DNA of 32,000 nt from Dickeya dadantii NCPPB 898 (GTDB lineage: Bacteria > Pseudomonadota > Gammaproteobacteria > Enterobacterales > Enterobacteriaceae): contig NZ_CM001976.1 in NCBI RefSeq assembly GCF_000406145.1, forward strand, positions 4,703,677-4,735,676, read 5' to 3'. The translations under genes and the position numbers were made by a program. Below are positions 1 through 8,976 of this stretch, piece by piece (the stretch's first letter is position 1; the number at the start of each line of letters is the position of its first letter). The notes under the pieces are model-generated. The model was not told the DNA's origin and did not search any database. It saw only the letters and a list, made by a program, of their open reading frames with translations.

Positions 1-1796
1 GTGGATTTAGCCAGAATGTTGGACACGCGCTTGTTGGCGGCGGCCAGCGCTTCGGCTTGCTCCAGCGTACGGAAGTGGCTTACCGCTTTCACACGGGCGT
101 CGAAATCCGCCGGACGAGTCGGACGACGCGCCAGCACCGCCTGAATGGTGTCCACGCTGTGACCTTCTTCCTGATACCAGGCGCGGAAGCGGCCCAGCAT
201 GAACTCGATCACATCGTCCACCACGTTGGCGTTCCCTGCATTGATAGCACTCAGCTTGTCGCCGTACAGGCGCACCGCTTCTTCGGTCAGGGTTTGCAGA
301 TCCAGCGGCAGGCGTTTTTCCACGATGATGCGCAGTGCGCCCAGCGCGGCGCGGCGCAGCGCGAACGGGTCCTTATCGCCTTTCGGATGCTGGCCGATAC
401 CGAAGATCCCCGCCAGGGTATCCATCTTGTCGGCGATCGCCAGCGCACAGGCCACCGGCGAAGACGGCAGTTCATCACCGGCAAAGCGCGGCTGATACTG
501 TTCGTTCAGCGCTACCGCCACGTCTTCGGCTTCGCCGTCGTGACGGGCGTAGTGCATCCCCATCACGCCCTGGGTGTCGGTGAATTCAAACACCATGTTG
601 GTCATCAGGTCGCATTTGGACAGCAGGCCCGCACGTTTGGCGTGATTCACATCGGCGCCGATCTGTTCGGCCACCCAGCCCGCCAGCGCCGCGATGCGGT
701 CGGTCTTGTCGCGCAGCGTGCCCAGCTGCTGCTGGAACAGCACGGTTTCCAGACGCGGCAGATGGTCTTCCAGGCGTTTTTTACGGTCGGTATTGAAGAA
801 GAATTCGGCGTCGGCCAGACGCGGACGCACCACTTTCTCGTTACCGGCGATGATCTGCTGCGGGTCTTTCGATTCAATGTTGGCGACGAAAATGAAATTC
901 GGCAGCAGCTTGCCGTCGTTGTCGTAAACCGGGAAGTATTTCTGGTCGCCTTTCATGGTGTACACCAGCGCTTCCGCCGGCACCGCCAGGAATTTCTCTT
1001 CGAATTTGGCGGTCAGCACCACCGGCCATTCCACCAGCGAGGTGACTTCTTCCAGCAGGCTGTCGCTCAGGTCGGCATTGCCGCCAATCTTGCGCGCCGC
1101 GTCTTCGGCGTCGGCTTTGATTTTGGCTTTACGCGCCTCGTAATCGGCGAGCACCTTGCCGCGCTCCAGCAGAATCTGCGGGTACTGGTCGGCGTTATCG
1201 ATAGTGAATTCCGGCTCGCCCATAAAGCGGTGACCACGGATGGTGCGGGCGGAATCGATGCCCAATACGGTGCCCGGCACCAGTTCGTCGCCCAACAGCA
1301 GAGTCACGGTGTGTACCGGACGCACAAATTGAGTTTCTTTATCGCCCCAATGCATCAGTTTCGGGATCGGCAGCTTCGCCAGCGCGGTGCTGACCATGCC
1401 CGGCAACAGCGCCTGCGCCGCTTCACCCTTCACCTGAGCGCGGAACAGCAGCCATTCGCCCTTGTCGGTGGTCAGGCGTTCGGCTTGATCGACGGTGATG
1501 CCGCAGCCGCGCGCCCAGCCTTCCGCCGCTTTGGTCGGTTTGCCTTCGGCGTCAAACGCCTGCGCGATGGCCGGCCCGCGTTTTTCCACTTCCCGGTCCG
1601 GCTGAGAAGCGCTCAAACCGGCTACTTTCAGCGCCAGACGGCGCGGCGCGGCGAACCAGTTGACCGACTGATAACCCAGCCCGGCGGCATCCAGTTCAGC
1701 GGTAAAGTTGGCGGCAAAAGATTCCGCCAGGGTACGCAAAGCTTTCGGCGGCAGCTCTTCGGTGCCGATTTCCACCAAAAATGTTTTGTCTGTCAT
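1..1796 (-). CDS. glyS: glycine--tRNA ligase beta subunit (N-terminal ~598 codons; 3' end lies beyond the window edge)
   Basis: The reverse frame is open from the ATG at 1796 (cat at 1794-1796) to position 1. The translation starts [26 protein letters not shown], the canonical enterobacterial GlyS N-terminus. It begins 10 nt after the glyQ stop. It is missing from the ORF track only because it has no in-window stop. Confidence 0.95.
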   Translation of the reverse strand, partial: MTDKTFLVEIGTEELPPKALRTLAESFAANFTAELDAAGLGYQSVNWFAAPRRLALKVAGLSASQPDREVEKRGPAIAQAFDAEGKPTKAAEGWARGCGITVDQAERLTTDKGEWLLFRAQVKGEAAQALLPGMVSTALAKLPIPKLMHWGDKETQFVRPVHTVTLLLGDELVPGTVLGIDSARTIRGHRFMGEPEFTIDNADQYPQILLERGKVLADYEARKAKIKADAEDAARKIGGNADLSDSLLEEVTSLVEWPVVLTAKFEEKFLAVPAEALVYTMKGDQKYFPVYDNDGKLLPNFIFVANIESKDPQQIIAGNEKVVRPRLADAEFFFNTDRKKRLEDHLPRLETVLFQQQLGTLRDKTDRIAALAGWVAEQIGADVNHAKRAGLLSKCDLMTNMVFEFTDTQGVMGMHYARHDGEAEDVAVALNEQYQPRFAGDELPSSPVACALAIADKMDTLAGIFGIGQHPKGDKDPFALRRAALGALRIIVEKRLPLDLQTLTEEAVRLYGDKLSAINAGNANVVDDVIEFMLGRFRAWYQEEGHSVDTIQAVLARRPTRPADFDARVKAVSHFRTLEQAEALAAANKRVSNILAKS

Positions 1797-1805
1797 CGCT
1801 GCCTC

Positions 1806-2720
1806 TCAGCTCTGTTTACGATTGCACATCGGGAAGCCCAGCGCCTCGCGGGAGGCATAGTAGGCTTCCGCCACCGCTTTGGTCAGGGTACGAATCCGCA
1901 GGATATAGCGCTGACGTTCGGTCACGGAAATGGCTTTGCGCGCGTCCAGCAGGTTGAAGCTGTGGGCGGCTTTCAGAATGCGCTCGTAAGCAGGCAGCGG
2001 CAGCGGTTTTTCCAGCGCCAGCAACTGCTGGGCTTCTTTTTCGTACTGCTCGAAGCAGGTAAACAGGAAATCCACGTCGGCGTATTCGAAGTTATAGGTG
2101 GACTGCTCCACTTCGTTTTGATGGAACACGTCGCCGTAGGTGGTTTTACCCAGCGGGCCATTGCTCCACACCAGATCGTAGACGCTGTCCACGCCCTGAA
2201 TGTACATCGCCAGACGTTCCAGACCGTAGGTGATCTCGCCGGTCACCGGTTTGCACTCCAGACCGCCCACCTGCTGGAAATAGGTAAACTGAGTCACTTC
2301 CATCCCGTTCAGCCACACTTCCCAACCCAGACCCCAGGCGCCCAGCGTCGGGTTTTCCCAGTTATCTTCCACGAAACGGATGTCGTGAATGGTCGGGTCC
2401 ATACCCAGCTCTTTCAGCGAACCGAGGTACAGCTCCTGAATGTTGTCCGGCGACGGCTTAATGATCACCTGAAACTGATAATAGTGTTGCAGGCGGTTGG
2501 GGTTCTCACCGTAGCGGCCGTCGGTAGGACGGCGGGACGGCTGCACATAGGCGGCGGCGATCGGCTCCGGGCCAAGCGCGCGCAGGCAGGTCATAGGGTG
2601 AGAAGTGCCGGCGCCGACTTCCATGTCCAGCGGTTGGACGATGGTGCAGCCCTGACGCGCCCAGTAATCCTGTAACGTCAGGATCAGGCCCTGAAAGGTC
2701 TTGGTATCAAACTTTTGCAT
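1806..2720 (-). CDS. glyQ: glycine--tRNA ligase alpha subunit
   Basis: The 304-aa [45 protein letters not shown]... is near-identical in pattern to E. coli GlyQ over its full length. It sits immediately upstream of glyS in the conserved glyQS arrangement. Confidence 0.97.
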   Translation of the reverse strand: MQKFDTKTFQGLILTLQDYWARQGCTIVQPLDMEVGAGTSHPMTCLRALGPEPIAAAYVQPSRRPTDGRYGENPNRLQHYYQFQVIIKPSPDNIQELYLGSLKELGMDPTIHDIRFVEDNWENPTLGAWGLGWEVWLNGMEVTQFTYFQQVGGLECKPVTGEITYGLERLAMYIQGVDSVYDLVWSNGPLGKTTYGDVFHQNEVEQSTYNFEYADVDFLFTCFEQYEKEAQQLLALEKPLPLPAYERILKAAHSFNLLDARKAISVTERQRYILRIRTLTKAVAEAYYASREALGFPMCNRKQS

Positions 2721-2798
2721 GTTGGATTCGCACGCGATACAAGTGGTTTTTACAATGAAGGCGCCAGTATACCCTCTGAGTGCAAGATATACAGCCAG

Positions 2799-2824
2799 AA
2801 TGCGGCAACAACTTGGGCCGCATT
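2799..2824 (-). terminator. possible terminator hairpin between the TauE-family gene and glyQ
   Basis: Inverted repeat aatgcggc (2799-2806) / gccgcatt (2817-2824), an 8-bp stem with a 10-nt loop. Only a weak T-rich tail follows on the minus strand. Confidence 0.35.
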
Positions 2825-2864
2825 ATTCTGTAGCGGAGTTTTTCTTCCAGTTCCCGCGCGGCGA

Positions 2865-3671
2865 TTAGCCCGCGAACACGGTATGCAGCATTTTCAGGCT
2901 CAGCAGCAACAATAACCCGGCGAACGCCTTTTTCAACGTGACGACCGGCAGCCGGTGTGCCAGACGCGCGTCCACCGGCGCGGTGAAGAAACTGACCGCG
3001 GAGATCAGCGCCACCGCCGGCAGCGAGACATAACCGACGCTGAATGCAGGTAAGCCGGTCGCCGACCAGCCGTTGATCATGTAACCCAGCGCGCCGGACA
3101 AGGCAATCGGCAGGCCGACCGCCGCCGAGGTACCGATGGCCTGTTGAATACGCACGTTGCACCAGGTCAGAAACGGCACGGTGAGCGACCCGCCGCCAAT
3201 GGCGACCAGCGCGGAAATACCGCCGATAGTCAGCCCGGCCAGCGACATCCCCGGCACGCCCGGCAGTTGACGGTGGGGTTTAGGCTTGATGTTCAGTACC
3301 ATCTGCAACGAGACGTACGCCATAAAGCAGGAAAAGAAAATCGCCAGCGCGTGGGTCGGCAACAGCGCCGCCAGCCAGGTGGCGGCGAAGGTCCCCACCA
3401 GAATCGCCGGCGTGATGCGCCACACCACCGGCCACAGCACCGCCTGATGCTGATGGTGGGTACGCAGGCTGGAGATGGCGGTAATCACAATCGCCGCCAT
3501 CGAGGTGCCCAGCGCCAGATGCACCAAATGCGACGCTTCCACGCCCTGTGCGGCAAACAGTGCCGTCAGCACCGGCACCATGATGCCGCCCCCGCCAATA
3601 CCCAGTAATCCGGCCATAAATCCCACCACGGCGCCCAGCGCCAGATAGGCCAGAATCCACTCAATCCCCAT
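2865..3671 (-). CDS. TauE/SafE (sulfite-exporter/YfcA-like) family inner-membrane permease
   Basis: The ORF 2865..3719 is highly hydrophobic and carries the duplicated glycine-rich motifs typical of the family (GLLGIGGGGIMVP and ALVAIGGGSLTVP). I prefer the internal ATG at 3671 (MGIEWILAYLALG...), which follows a purine-rich aggggacgata sequence. The 16-codon upstream extension is hydrophilic. Confidence 0.8.
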   Translation of the reverse strand: MGIEWILAYLALGAVVGFMAGLLGIGGGGIMVPVLTALFAAQGVEASHLVHLALGTSMAAIVITAISSLRTHHQHQAVLWPVVWRITPAILVGTFAATWLAALLPTHALAIFFSCFMAYVSLQMVLNIKPKPHRQLPGVPGMSLAGLTIGGISALVAIGGGSLTVPFLTWCNVRIQQAIGTSAAVGLPIALSGALGYMINGWSATGLPAFSVGYVSLPAVALISAVSFFTAPVDARLAHRLPVVTLKKAFAGLLLLLSLKMLHTVFAG

Positions 3672-3916
3672 TATCGTCCCCTGTCGCTTATACTCTTTGT
3701 CATTTGATTCCGGCGTCATGCCTCACACGGCTCCTGTCTGCGCAGGGTTGCATCGCACCATGCTTAGGCTGATGATCGCCACACCACGCGGATGGTGCGC
3801 CGAAATCGGCCATCATCAATACCAACAATGCCGGTGAGTAGCAATGCCGGTGGATAGCCAATGTCTGCAGATAAACACTGTCTGTAGATAACAACCGTGG
3901 AGTAAGGGAGAAGAGG

Positions 3917-4477
3917 ATGACACGCTGTGGATGGGTCACGCAGGATACGCTGTATCAGGATTACCATGACAACGAGTGGGGAAAACCCTGCACCGACGGC
4001 CGGGCGCTGTTTGAACTGCTTTGTCTGGAAGGCCAGCAGGCCGGGCTGTCGTGGATAACCGTGCTCAAAAAGCGCGAGCACTACCGCCGCTGCTTCCACG
4101 GATTCGATCCTCACCGCGTCGCGGCCATGACCGACGACGACGTAAACCGGCTGGTGCTGGACCCCGGCATCATTCGCCATCGCGGTAAAATCGAAGCTAT
4201 TATCCGCAACGCCCGCGCCTGGCTGGCGATGCAACAGCAAGGGGAAGATTTCGCCGCCTTTATCTGGTCGTTCGTCAACCATCAACCGGTGATCAATCAC
4301 CCCGCGGCGCTGGCCGACGTGCCGGCGAAAACCGCCGTGTCGGACGCGATGTCCAAAGCGCTGAAAAAACGCGGCTTTACCTTTATCGGGTCCACCATCT
4401 GCTACGCCTTTATGCAGGCCGCCGGGCTGGTGAACGATCATACCACCGCGTGCTTCTGCCACCCGGAGGCGTCGTGA
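3917..4477 (+). CDS. tag: DNA-3-methyladenine glycosylase I
   Basis: The 186-aa ORF MTRCGWVTQDTLYQDYHDNEWGKP...LCLEGQQAGLSWITVLKKRE... matches the Tag family hallmark motifs over its full length. Confidence 0.93.
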   Translation: MTRCGWVTQDTLYQDYHDNEWGKPCTDGRALFELLCLEGQQAGLSWITVLKKREHYRRCFHGFDPHRVAAMTDDDVNRLVLDPGIIRHRGKIEAIIRNARAWLAMQQQGEDFAAFIWSFVNHQPVINHPAALADVPAKTAVSDAMSKALKKRGFTFIGSTICYAFMQAAGLVNDHTTACFCHPEAS

Positions 4478-4929
4478 TCCGACCCTACCGGCCGCAGGAC
4501 CTGGAACCGCTGGTGGTGTTATGGCTGGAAAGCACGACGCTGGCGCATCCGTTTATCTCGCCGCGCTATTGGCTGGAAAGCGAGGAACTGGTGCGCGGGC
4601 ACTATATTCCCCACTCGCAGACCTGGATTTATGAGGATGCGCAGGGCATCGGCGGTTTTATCAGCGTGATGGATCAGCGTTTTATCGGCGCGCTGTTTGT
4701 CCACCACAACCTGTACGGCCAGGGCGTGGGCGCCGCGCTGATGCAGCACATCCAACACCGCTTTCCCATGCTCAGCCTGGAGGTCTACCAACAAAACCGC
4801 CGCGCCTGCACCTTTTACCGCAAACAGGGGTTTATTACCGTGCAGGAAAGCTATCAACCCGAAACCCAGGCTAACCTGCTTGTCATGCACTGGCAGGATC
4901 AAGAGCTGCTCGCCTCCGTCATGTCCTGA
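4474..4929 (+). CDS. yiaC: GNAT-family N-acetyltransferase YiaC
   Basis: The product VIRPYRPQDLEPLVVLWLESTTLAHPFI...FVHHNLYGQGVGAALMQ...FYRKQGF resembles E. coli YiaC, and the tag-yiaC adjacency is conserved. I chose the GTG at 4474, which overlaps the tag stop (GTGA) and has GGAGG at 4465-4469. The ORF-track start at 4450 is less likely. Confidence 0.8.
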   Translation: MIRPYRPQDLEPLVVLWLESTTLAHPFISPRYWLESEELVRGHYIPHSQTWIYEDAQGIGGFISVMDQRFIGALFVHHNLYGQGVGAALMQHIQHRFPMLSLEVYQQNRRACTFYRKQGFITVQESYQPETQANLLVMHWQDQELLASVMS

Positions 4930-4942
4930 ATCTGGTTTTGGG

Positions 4943-4984
4943 TAACCGGGGAGACGGTTAGCACGACGCTGACGATCCAGCGTC
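4943..4984. terminator. two hairpins between convergent yiaC and the HNH gene
   Basis: The first is taaccg (4943-4948) / cggtta (4955-4960). The second is gacgctg (4965-4971) / cagcgtc (4978-4984). Neither has a clear U-tract. They sit exactly at the GC-rich to AT-rich transition. Confidence 0.4.
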
Positions 4985-4987
4985 ACC

Positions 4988-5635
4988 TTAATATTGCTCG
5001 TTATAACTCCAGGCATGGGTGAGAGCAGTACTGAACTCAAGAGCATATACCCTTGACAATGTCTCCTGTAAAAGCTCATCCAACTCTTCTTCTGTTAGTT
5101 CATTTTCCAGACTGTAAAACTCTTCAATTTCTTTAAGTTCCGCGTTAATAGCTTGTTTCCTGCTATTAAACAAAACAGTGTCATCATTTAAATTAAAAAC
5201 ACGAATAGTTTCCGAAGCCCTTACATGCTCAGCATCGGTAAGACCAGTACGGGGGCGAACCTTCCCAGTCGTCAAAAAATGAAGAAAGAATGACGGATTT
5301 TCCTCATCCGGTTTAATCAAATTCTCAGGTCTATATCCACCAGCGCCGTTATCTTTATAAATCCCACAACGCAACCATCCACCCTTCTGCGAAGTATCAC
5401 CGCAAGAGCCGAACAGATTTGCCCAGTCAAAAATTAAATCAGCATGCTCTTCACGCGTTCTGAAATGCTCAATGTGTTTACGATTTAAACGGCATTCACA
5501 ATAGGCACAAAAACCATGTTGCATAGCATCCAAGGCAGTCCAGATTTCATCCTTATTCGCAGCGCCCCAATGATCATGACCAGCGATTAGTTGATTTAAG
5601 CATTCTGGAGCTTCAGACCTATCTAATTTTTTCAT
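4988..5635 (-). CDS. HNH endonuclease, retron/Septu PtuB-like effector subunit
   Basis: The 215-aa ORF carries a CxxC...HxEH HNH core ([21 protein letters not shown]). Its ATG at 5635 overlaps the stop of the upstream ATPase gene (ATGA). It is the last gene of the RT-ATPase-HNH operon. Confidence 0.85.
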   Translation of the reverse strand: MKKLDRSEAPECLNQLIAGHDHWGAANKDEIWTALDAMQHGFCAYCECRLNRKHIEHFRTREEHADLIFDWANLFGSCGDTSQKGGWLRCGIYKDNGAGGYRPENLIKPDEENPSFFLHFLTTGKVRPRTGLTDAEHVRASETIRVFNLNDDTVLFNSRKQAINAELKEIEEFYSLENELTEEELDELLQETLSRVYALEFSTALTHAWSYNEQY

Positions 5636-7287
5636 CCTTGCCGACCCTTATCCTGCTTCCTTGCTAGTGCCCTCAGCTTCATTGACTTGATTCGAATTAG
5701 GCTATCGCATCTCTTCAGTTCGAAACTATCCGGCCCGAAGTGTTCGCTTATTTTTTTATATAACTCTTTAGCTTCGAGGTTATTTTCGTAATCGCCTTGC
5801 TCCAATATAACCTCAAAATCCCCAACCCAATGAGACTCTGCAACACGAGGCGGTAATGCAAACACGTTCATAACCTGTTCAAGAATGTCAGAGTTAATTA
5901 CACCTTTAGTTTGAAACTTTGGCGAATCAAGTACTACTTCAGTCTCATCTCCATCGTCTCTGAATTGTCGTATGCATCTTTTGTCAACAGTTGAAAGTAC
6001 TATAGGGCTGTGTGTAGTTATGATTTGTTGGACATTGGGAAAGACTTTTCTCAGATTTTCAATTACATCTTGCTGCCACTTGGGATGAAGATGAAGCTCA
6101 ATCTCATCAATCAATATAATGCCTCTTCCTTCGAACGGGTTTTTCATTAGCGGATTTAGCATAATCATCCGTCGGGCAAGATCGGCGACTAAACTAAGGA
6201 AAACACGTTGTCCGTCAGAAAGTTGCTCAACTATTACCTGTTTACCGTCATTGATAACCTTAACCACATCGACACCGGAAGACGTTTCAACCCAAATATC
6301 ACTGATACTTGGCACTACAGTGCTAATAGCATAAACAATTAATTTTTTCTGTAAAGATTCTGGCAGATTATTGTTTTTTCGTTCTTTTGATATTAATTCA
6401 TTAAGCTTCATCTTAGTCTGCTCAAGTAAAGGTTTTACCGATAACAGACCATTATCAATCGATACTTGTAACTCGCTGACTTGCTGACGCAATATGTCAA
6501 CTGAAACAGACACATCATCGGCGGTTCGTTTATGCAGTGCGATAAACCATTCTATAAAATGATCGAAACGCCCAGCCCCAGCTAAGGCATTGGTATATGC
6601 ATCAAAGCGTTCTTCCCTCAGTCTCAGTTCCCCAGCGTCTTTTGTTAATTTATTGAATGGATGAGAACGTTCGACAGAATAAAATGCAAATATTGGAAGA
6701 TTCACAGTTTCATGCGCATTTACTATCCGCCATATATCTGATACTTCTTTGACCGATTTGACGATCCCATCCCGTCGCGTAGACGTTCCCGGTGCAGATC
6801 TCGAAAGTCGAACTTGTATATTTTTTAGCCCCTTACCAAAATAGAAATTACTATTTATATCAGCATATTTTTTTTCAGAACCATTTCTGATATCCGTTAT
6901 TTCGTTCAAACGCTGACCAATGCCGTCTTCTTTTAGAATATTTGCGCTAAACCAGCTTAGTGTTTTGGCAATTGCAGTAAGAATACTGGTTTTTCCTTCA
7001 CCATTGTTACCGATAATCACGGTGAGATCGTCTTCGAAATTCATGTCCAAAAACGCAAAACGACGAAAGTCAGTCAATGATAAAGAACGTAGATAGAAAT
7101 CATTTTCGGGACGAAATATGTTTAATTCGTTTACCTCACCAACCTGCAAGTAGCGCCAGCAGCGATCAAACCACTCCCTGGCTTTTTCTTTGCTATCGGG
7201 AGTGTCGCTTTTGGAAAAATGCTGATAAAGCTCAAATGCAGAAAGCAAATTCCCTCCCTTAGCTCTTCTTTCAAGTTGTTTAGTCAT
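5632..7287 (-). CDS. ABC/SMC-like (AAA_15/21-type) ATPase, retron/Septu PtuA-like effector subunit
   Basis: The 551-aa ORF has Walker [10 protein letters not shown], an ABC-signature-like LSDGQR, Walker [14 protein letters not shown] and an H-loop ITTHSP. Its ATG at 7287 overlaps the RT stop (ATGA). Confidence 0.85.
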   Translation of the reverse strand: MTKQLERRAKGGNLLSAFELYQHFSKSDTPDSKEKAREWFDRCWRYLQVGEVNELNIFRPENDFYLRSLSLTDFRRFAFLDMNFEDDLTVIIGNNGEGKTSILTAIAKTLSWFSANILKEDGIGQRLNEITDIRNGSEKKYADINSNFYFGKGLKNIQVRLSRSAPGTSTRRDGIVKSVKEVSDIWRIVNAHETVNLPIFAFYSVERSHPFNKLTKDAGELRLREERFDAYTNALAGAGRFDHFIEWFIALHKRTADDVSVSVDILRQQVSELQVSIDNGLLSVKPLLEQTKMKLNELISKERKNNNLPESLQKKLIVYAISTVVPSISDIWVETSSGVDVVKVINDGKQVIVEQLSDGQRVFLSLVADLARRMIMLNPLMKNPFEGRGIILIDEIELHLHPKWQQDVIENLRKVFPNVQQIITTHSPIVLSTVDKRCIRQFRDDGDETEVVLDSPKFQTKGVINSDILEQVMNVFALPPRVAESHWVGDFEVILEQGDYENNLEAKELYKKISEHFGPDSFELKRCDSLIRIKSMKLRALARKQDKGRQG

Positions 7288-8222
7288 TGATTGCTCCTGT
7301 GGATACTGCTGATTAAAGAAACAGTATACTTTTCATTCATTTTTATAATGAACTCGGGTTCGATATGATTAACAAAAGCCAGAAGGCCACACAGATATCC
7401 TATATCAGCTTCATCCAGTAAGCCGTATTTGTACTGATTGATTAGATGCTTTATAAAGCGCTTCCGTTCACGGCCCAAAGATAACTGTCCTTCATTATTA
7501 AGCGTGATACCGGTGACGTGACGGTTGTATGCCTTTGATGAGAATACCGTTTTGCCATGATTCAACCGCAAAGCATTTTTATATAGTTTCGTTAGCAATA
7601 CCTGAATAAAAGAGGGTAATAACCTCAACAGGTTTGGTGTGTTAGTGGAAAACGTTAGGTCATCAGCATATCTTGTATAAACAATATCCAATCTCAGGCA
7701 TTCGTCACTCAACAACCGATCAAACTCATAGAGGCAGAAATTTGAGACAGTTGGAGATGAAGGAGCCCCCACGCTCAGCATCAACGTATGTTTGCTGCGT
7801 TTTACTGGTTGCCAAAATAAGATTTTCTCCACGTAATTTTTGTCTTGCGTAGAAAATTGTGGGGTATCTACAGAACACTGCTCGAAGCAGTGCCAAAAAA
7901 CTGTAGGAGTGATTGAATTAAAAAAATCCTCCAGATCTGTTTTCAAAAGGTACCGGTTGTTGGCATGAGCGATCGCATTATCTCGGATACTTTTACCCTT
8001 CCGATATGCCATAGCAACATCATGAACAGGAAATGAGTAAAGCTGTATCAACGCTCGCTGATACTCTTTAAGAGCTTTAGCTGGCTGAGCGATGATCCTG
8101 AATCCATTCGTTCGTTTGGGGATTCGATAGACCTTGTACTTGAGAGGGGCGTTTTGCAGATAGAGTCTTACATCCGACTCACTTTGCCGTAAGATCGCAG
8201 CTAACGCTTTGATAATCTGCAT
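7284..8222 (-). CDS. retron-type reverse transcriptase
   Basis: The 312-aa ORF has the RT motifs [49 protein letters not shown] (YxDD) and LNHGKT. It also has the retron-associated NAxxH (NAIAH) and VTG (RHVTGITL) signatures. Its small size and the adjacent structured ncRNA fit a retron. Confidence 0.92.
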   Translation of the reverse strand: MQIIKALAAILRQSESDVRLYLQNAPLKYKVYRIPKRTNGFRIIAQPAKALKEYQRALIQLYSFPVHDVAMAYRKGKSIRDNAIAHANNRYLLKTDLEDFFNSITPTVFWHCFEQCSVDTPQFSTQDKNYVEKILFWQPVKRSKHTLMLSVGAPSSPTVSNFCLYEFDRLLSDECLRLDIVYTRYADDLTFSTNTPNLLRLLPSFIQVLLTKLYKNALRLNHGKTVFSSKAYNRHVTGITLNNEGQLSLGRERKRFIKHLINQYKYGLLDEADIGYLCGLLAFVNHIEPEFIIKMNEKYTVSLISSIHRSNQ

Positions 8223-8231
8223 GACTTTACC

Positions 8232-8266
8232 TATAAAAAGCCCGGTAGCAAAGGTGCTTCCGGGCT
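8232..8266 (-). terminator. intrinsic-terminator-like hairpin plus U-tract between msd and the RT start codon
   Basis: On the minus strand the sequence reads agcccgg-a-agca-ccuu-ugcu-a-ccgggcu followed by uuuuaua. That is 7+4 bp with one A.A mismatch and a tetraloop. It ends 9 nt before the RT ATG at 8222. Confidence 0.45.
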
Positions 8267-8269
8267 CGA

Positions 8270-8412
8270 CTCTTTACTAGAGGAAGCGAAAGTGTCGCAA
8301 CCTGAAGGAGGAACGAATTCAGGTTGCGACACTTTCGCAACCCTAAATACGTTCAATAAATTAGTGTCTGGCTAATCACCCGACAAGACGTAATACGTCC
8401 AACACTAAAGAG
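8270..8412 (-). ncRNA. candidate retron msr-msd non-coding RNA (core between a1 and a2)
   Basis: It lies immediately upstream of the RT on the same strand. Candidate a1 is cucuuua (8412-8406) and a2 is uaaagag (8276-8270), giving 7 bp, with an unpaired G at 8405 directly 3' of a1 as the candidate branching G. The msr part has small hairpins (gacgu-auu-acguc; auuag-ccagaca-cuaau). The msd part carries the 21-bp perfect hairpin at 8286-8338. The exact transcript ends are unknown. Confidence 0.6.
8286..8338. repeat. perfect 21-bp inverted repeat (predicted msd stem-loop)
   Basis: gcgaaagtgtcgcaacctgaa (8286-8306) is the exact reverse complement of ttcaggttgcgacactttcgc (8318-8338). The loop is 11 nt. 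Confidence 0.9.
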
Positions 8413-8437
8413 CTTCGTAAGCTTAACTCACTATCCC

Positions 8438-8466
8438 ACTATAAACAACTCCGTTTTTCTTGTTTA
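8438..8466 (-). promoter_or_regulatory. possible sigma70 promoter for msr-msd/RT operon
   Basis: On the minus strand, taaaca (8466-8461) is followed by a 17-nt spacer and then tatagt (8443-8438). This would start transcription about 20 nt upstream of a1. It is a weak motif-only call. Confidence 0.3.
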
Positions 8467-8976
8467 ATTTCATATAATTACTTGAAATGTAATCTATAAT
8501 GCATGATAAAATATGCAAGTCGTGAACGATGATTTGGGAGGATAAGATTTGGGCCTGATTGGTACCTACAGTCAAACTGGGCATCACTCTTTCAGGTTGT
8601 CAGGTGCCACAGTATCGCGCTGAAAAACTTCATAAAACTTCCCTTCATCTGGAGGGTTATCTTTACCATTTATGATGTTACTTAACGCTTGATAACGGTT
8701 GCGTTTCATCAGGCCGGTTGTTGTACTACAAGCTGGGCAGCCCCTGTGCGGGAGAGCTATATCACCTCACAACTCGACACGTTAAGAGATAAAAAATAAT
8801 AATATCTGATTGTTTATCATGATATTTTATTGAATCCTCCAATCGTTTTTGGGCGATGGCACGGCAAAGACCGGGCATCAATATGCGAAGCTAGTAGAGC
8901 ACCCTTTTTTAAAAGACCGCTTTTAAATACAAGCGTCGTTTTAATCAGACAATCGCCTATCAGCCGGAGTGAACTG

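Larger units (their letters stand above)
4985..8830. other. AT-rich accessory islet (retron defence locus) inserted between yiaC and ghrB
   Basis: By eye (not computed), G+C drops sharply at about 4985 and recovers near 8830-8970. The content is foreign-looking and lacks an integrase, transposase or tRNA. The right boundary is approximate. Confidence 0.6.

Noticed and set aside
57-2675. An 872-aa plus-strand ORF spanning most of the first 2.7 kb
   Set aside because: It is exactly antisense to glyS and glyQ, whose products are unmistakable. Its product is a low-complexity Arg/Gly/Ala/His-rich sequence, typical of stop-free antisense frames in GC-rich genes, and it starts at a TTG.
3764-4462. 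A 232-aa minus-strand ORF overlapping tag
   Set aside because: It is antisense to a clearly identified tag gene, has no recognisable domain, and shows GC-rich antisense composition.
4985-8830. Integrase, transposase, tRNA or att-like direct repeats that would define the islet as a mobile element
   Set aside because: I scanned both strands and found none. I therefore call the islet an accessory insertion, not a mobile element.
8830-8976. A 49-codon N-terminal extension of ghrB
   Set aside because: The E. coli GhrB alignment begins at MKPEV (8977), which has its own GGAG RBS. The extension starts at a non-ATG codon in AT-rich upstream DNA.
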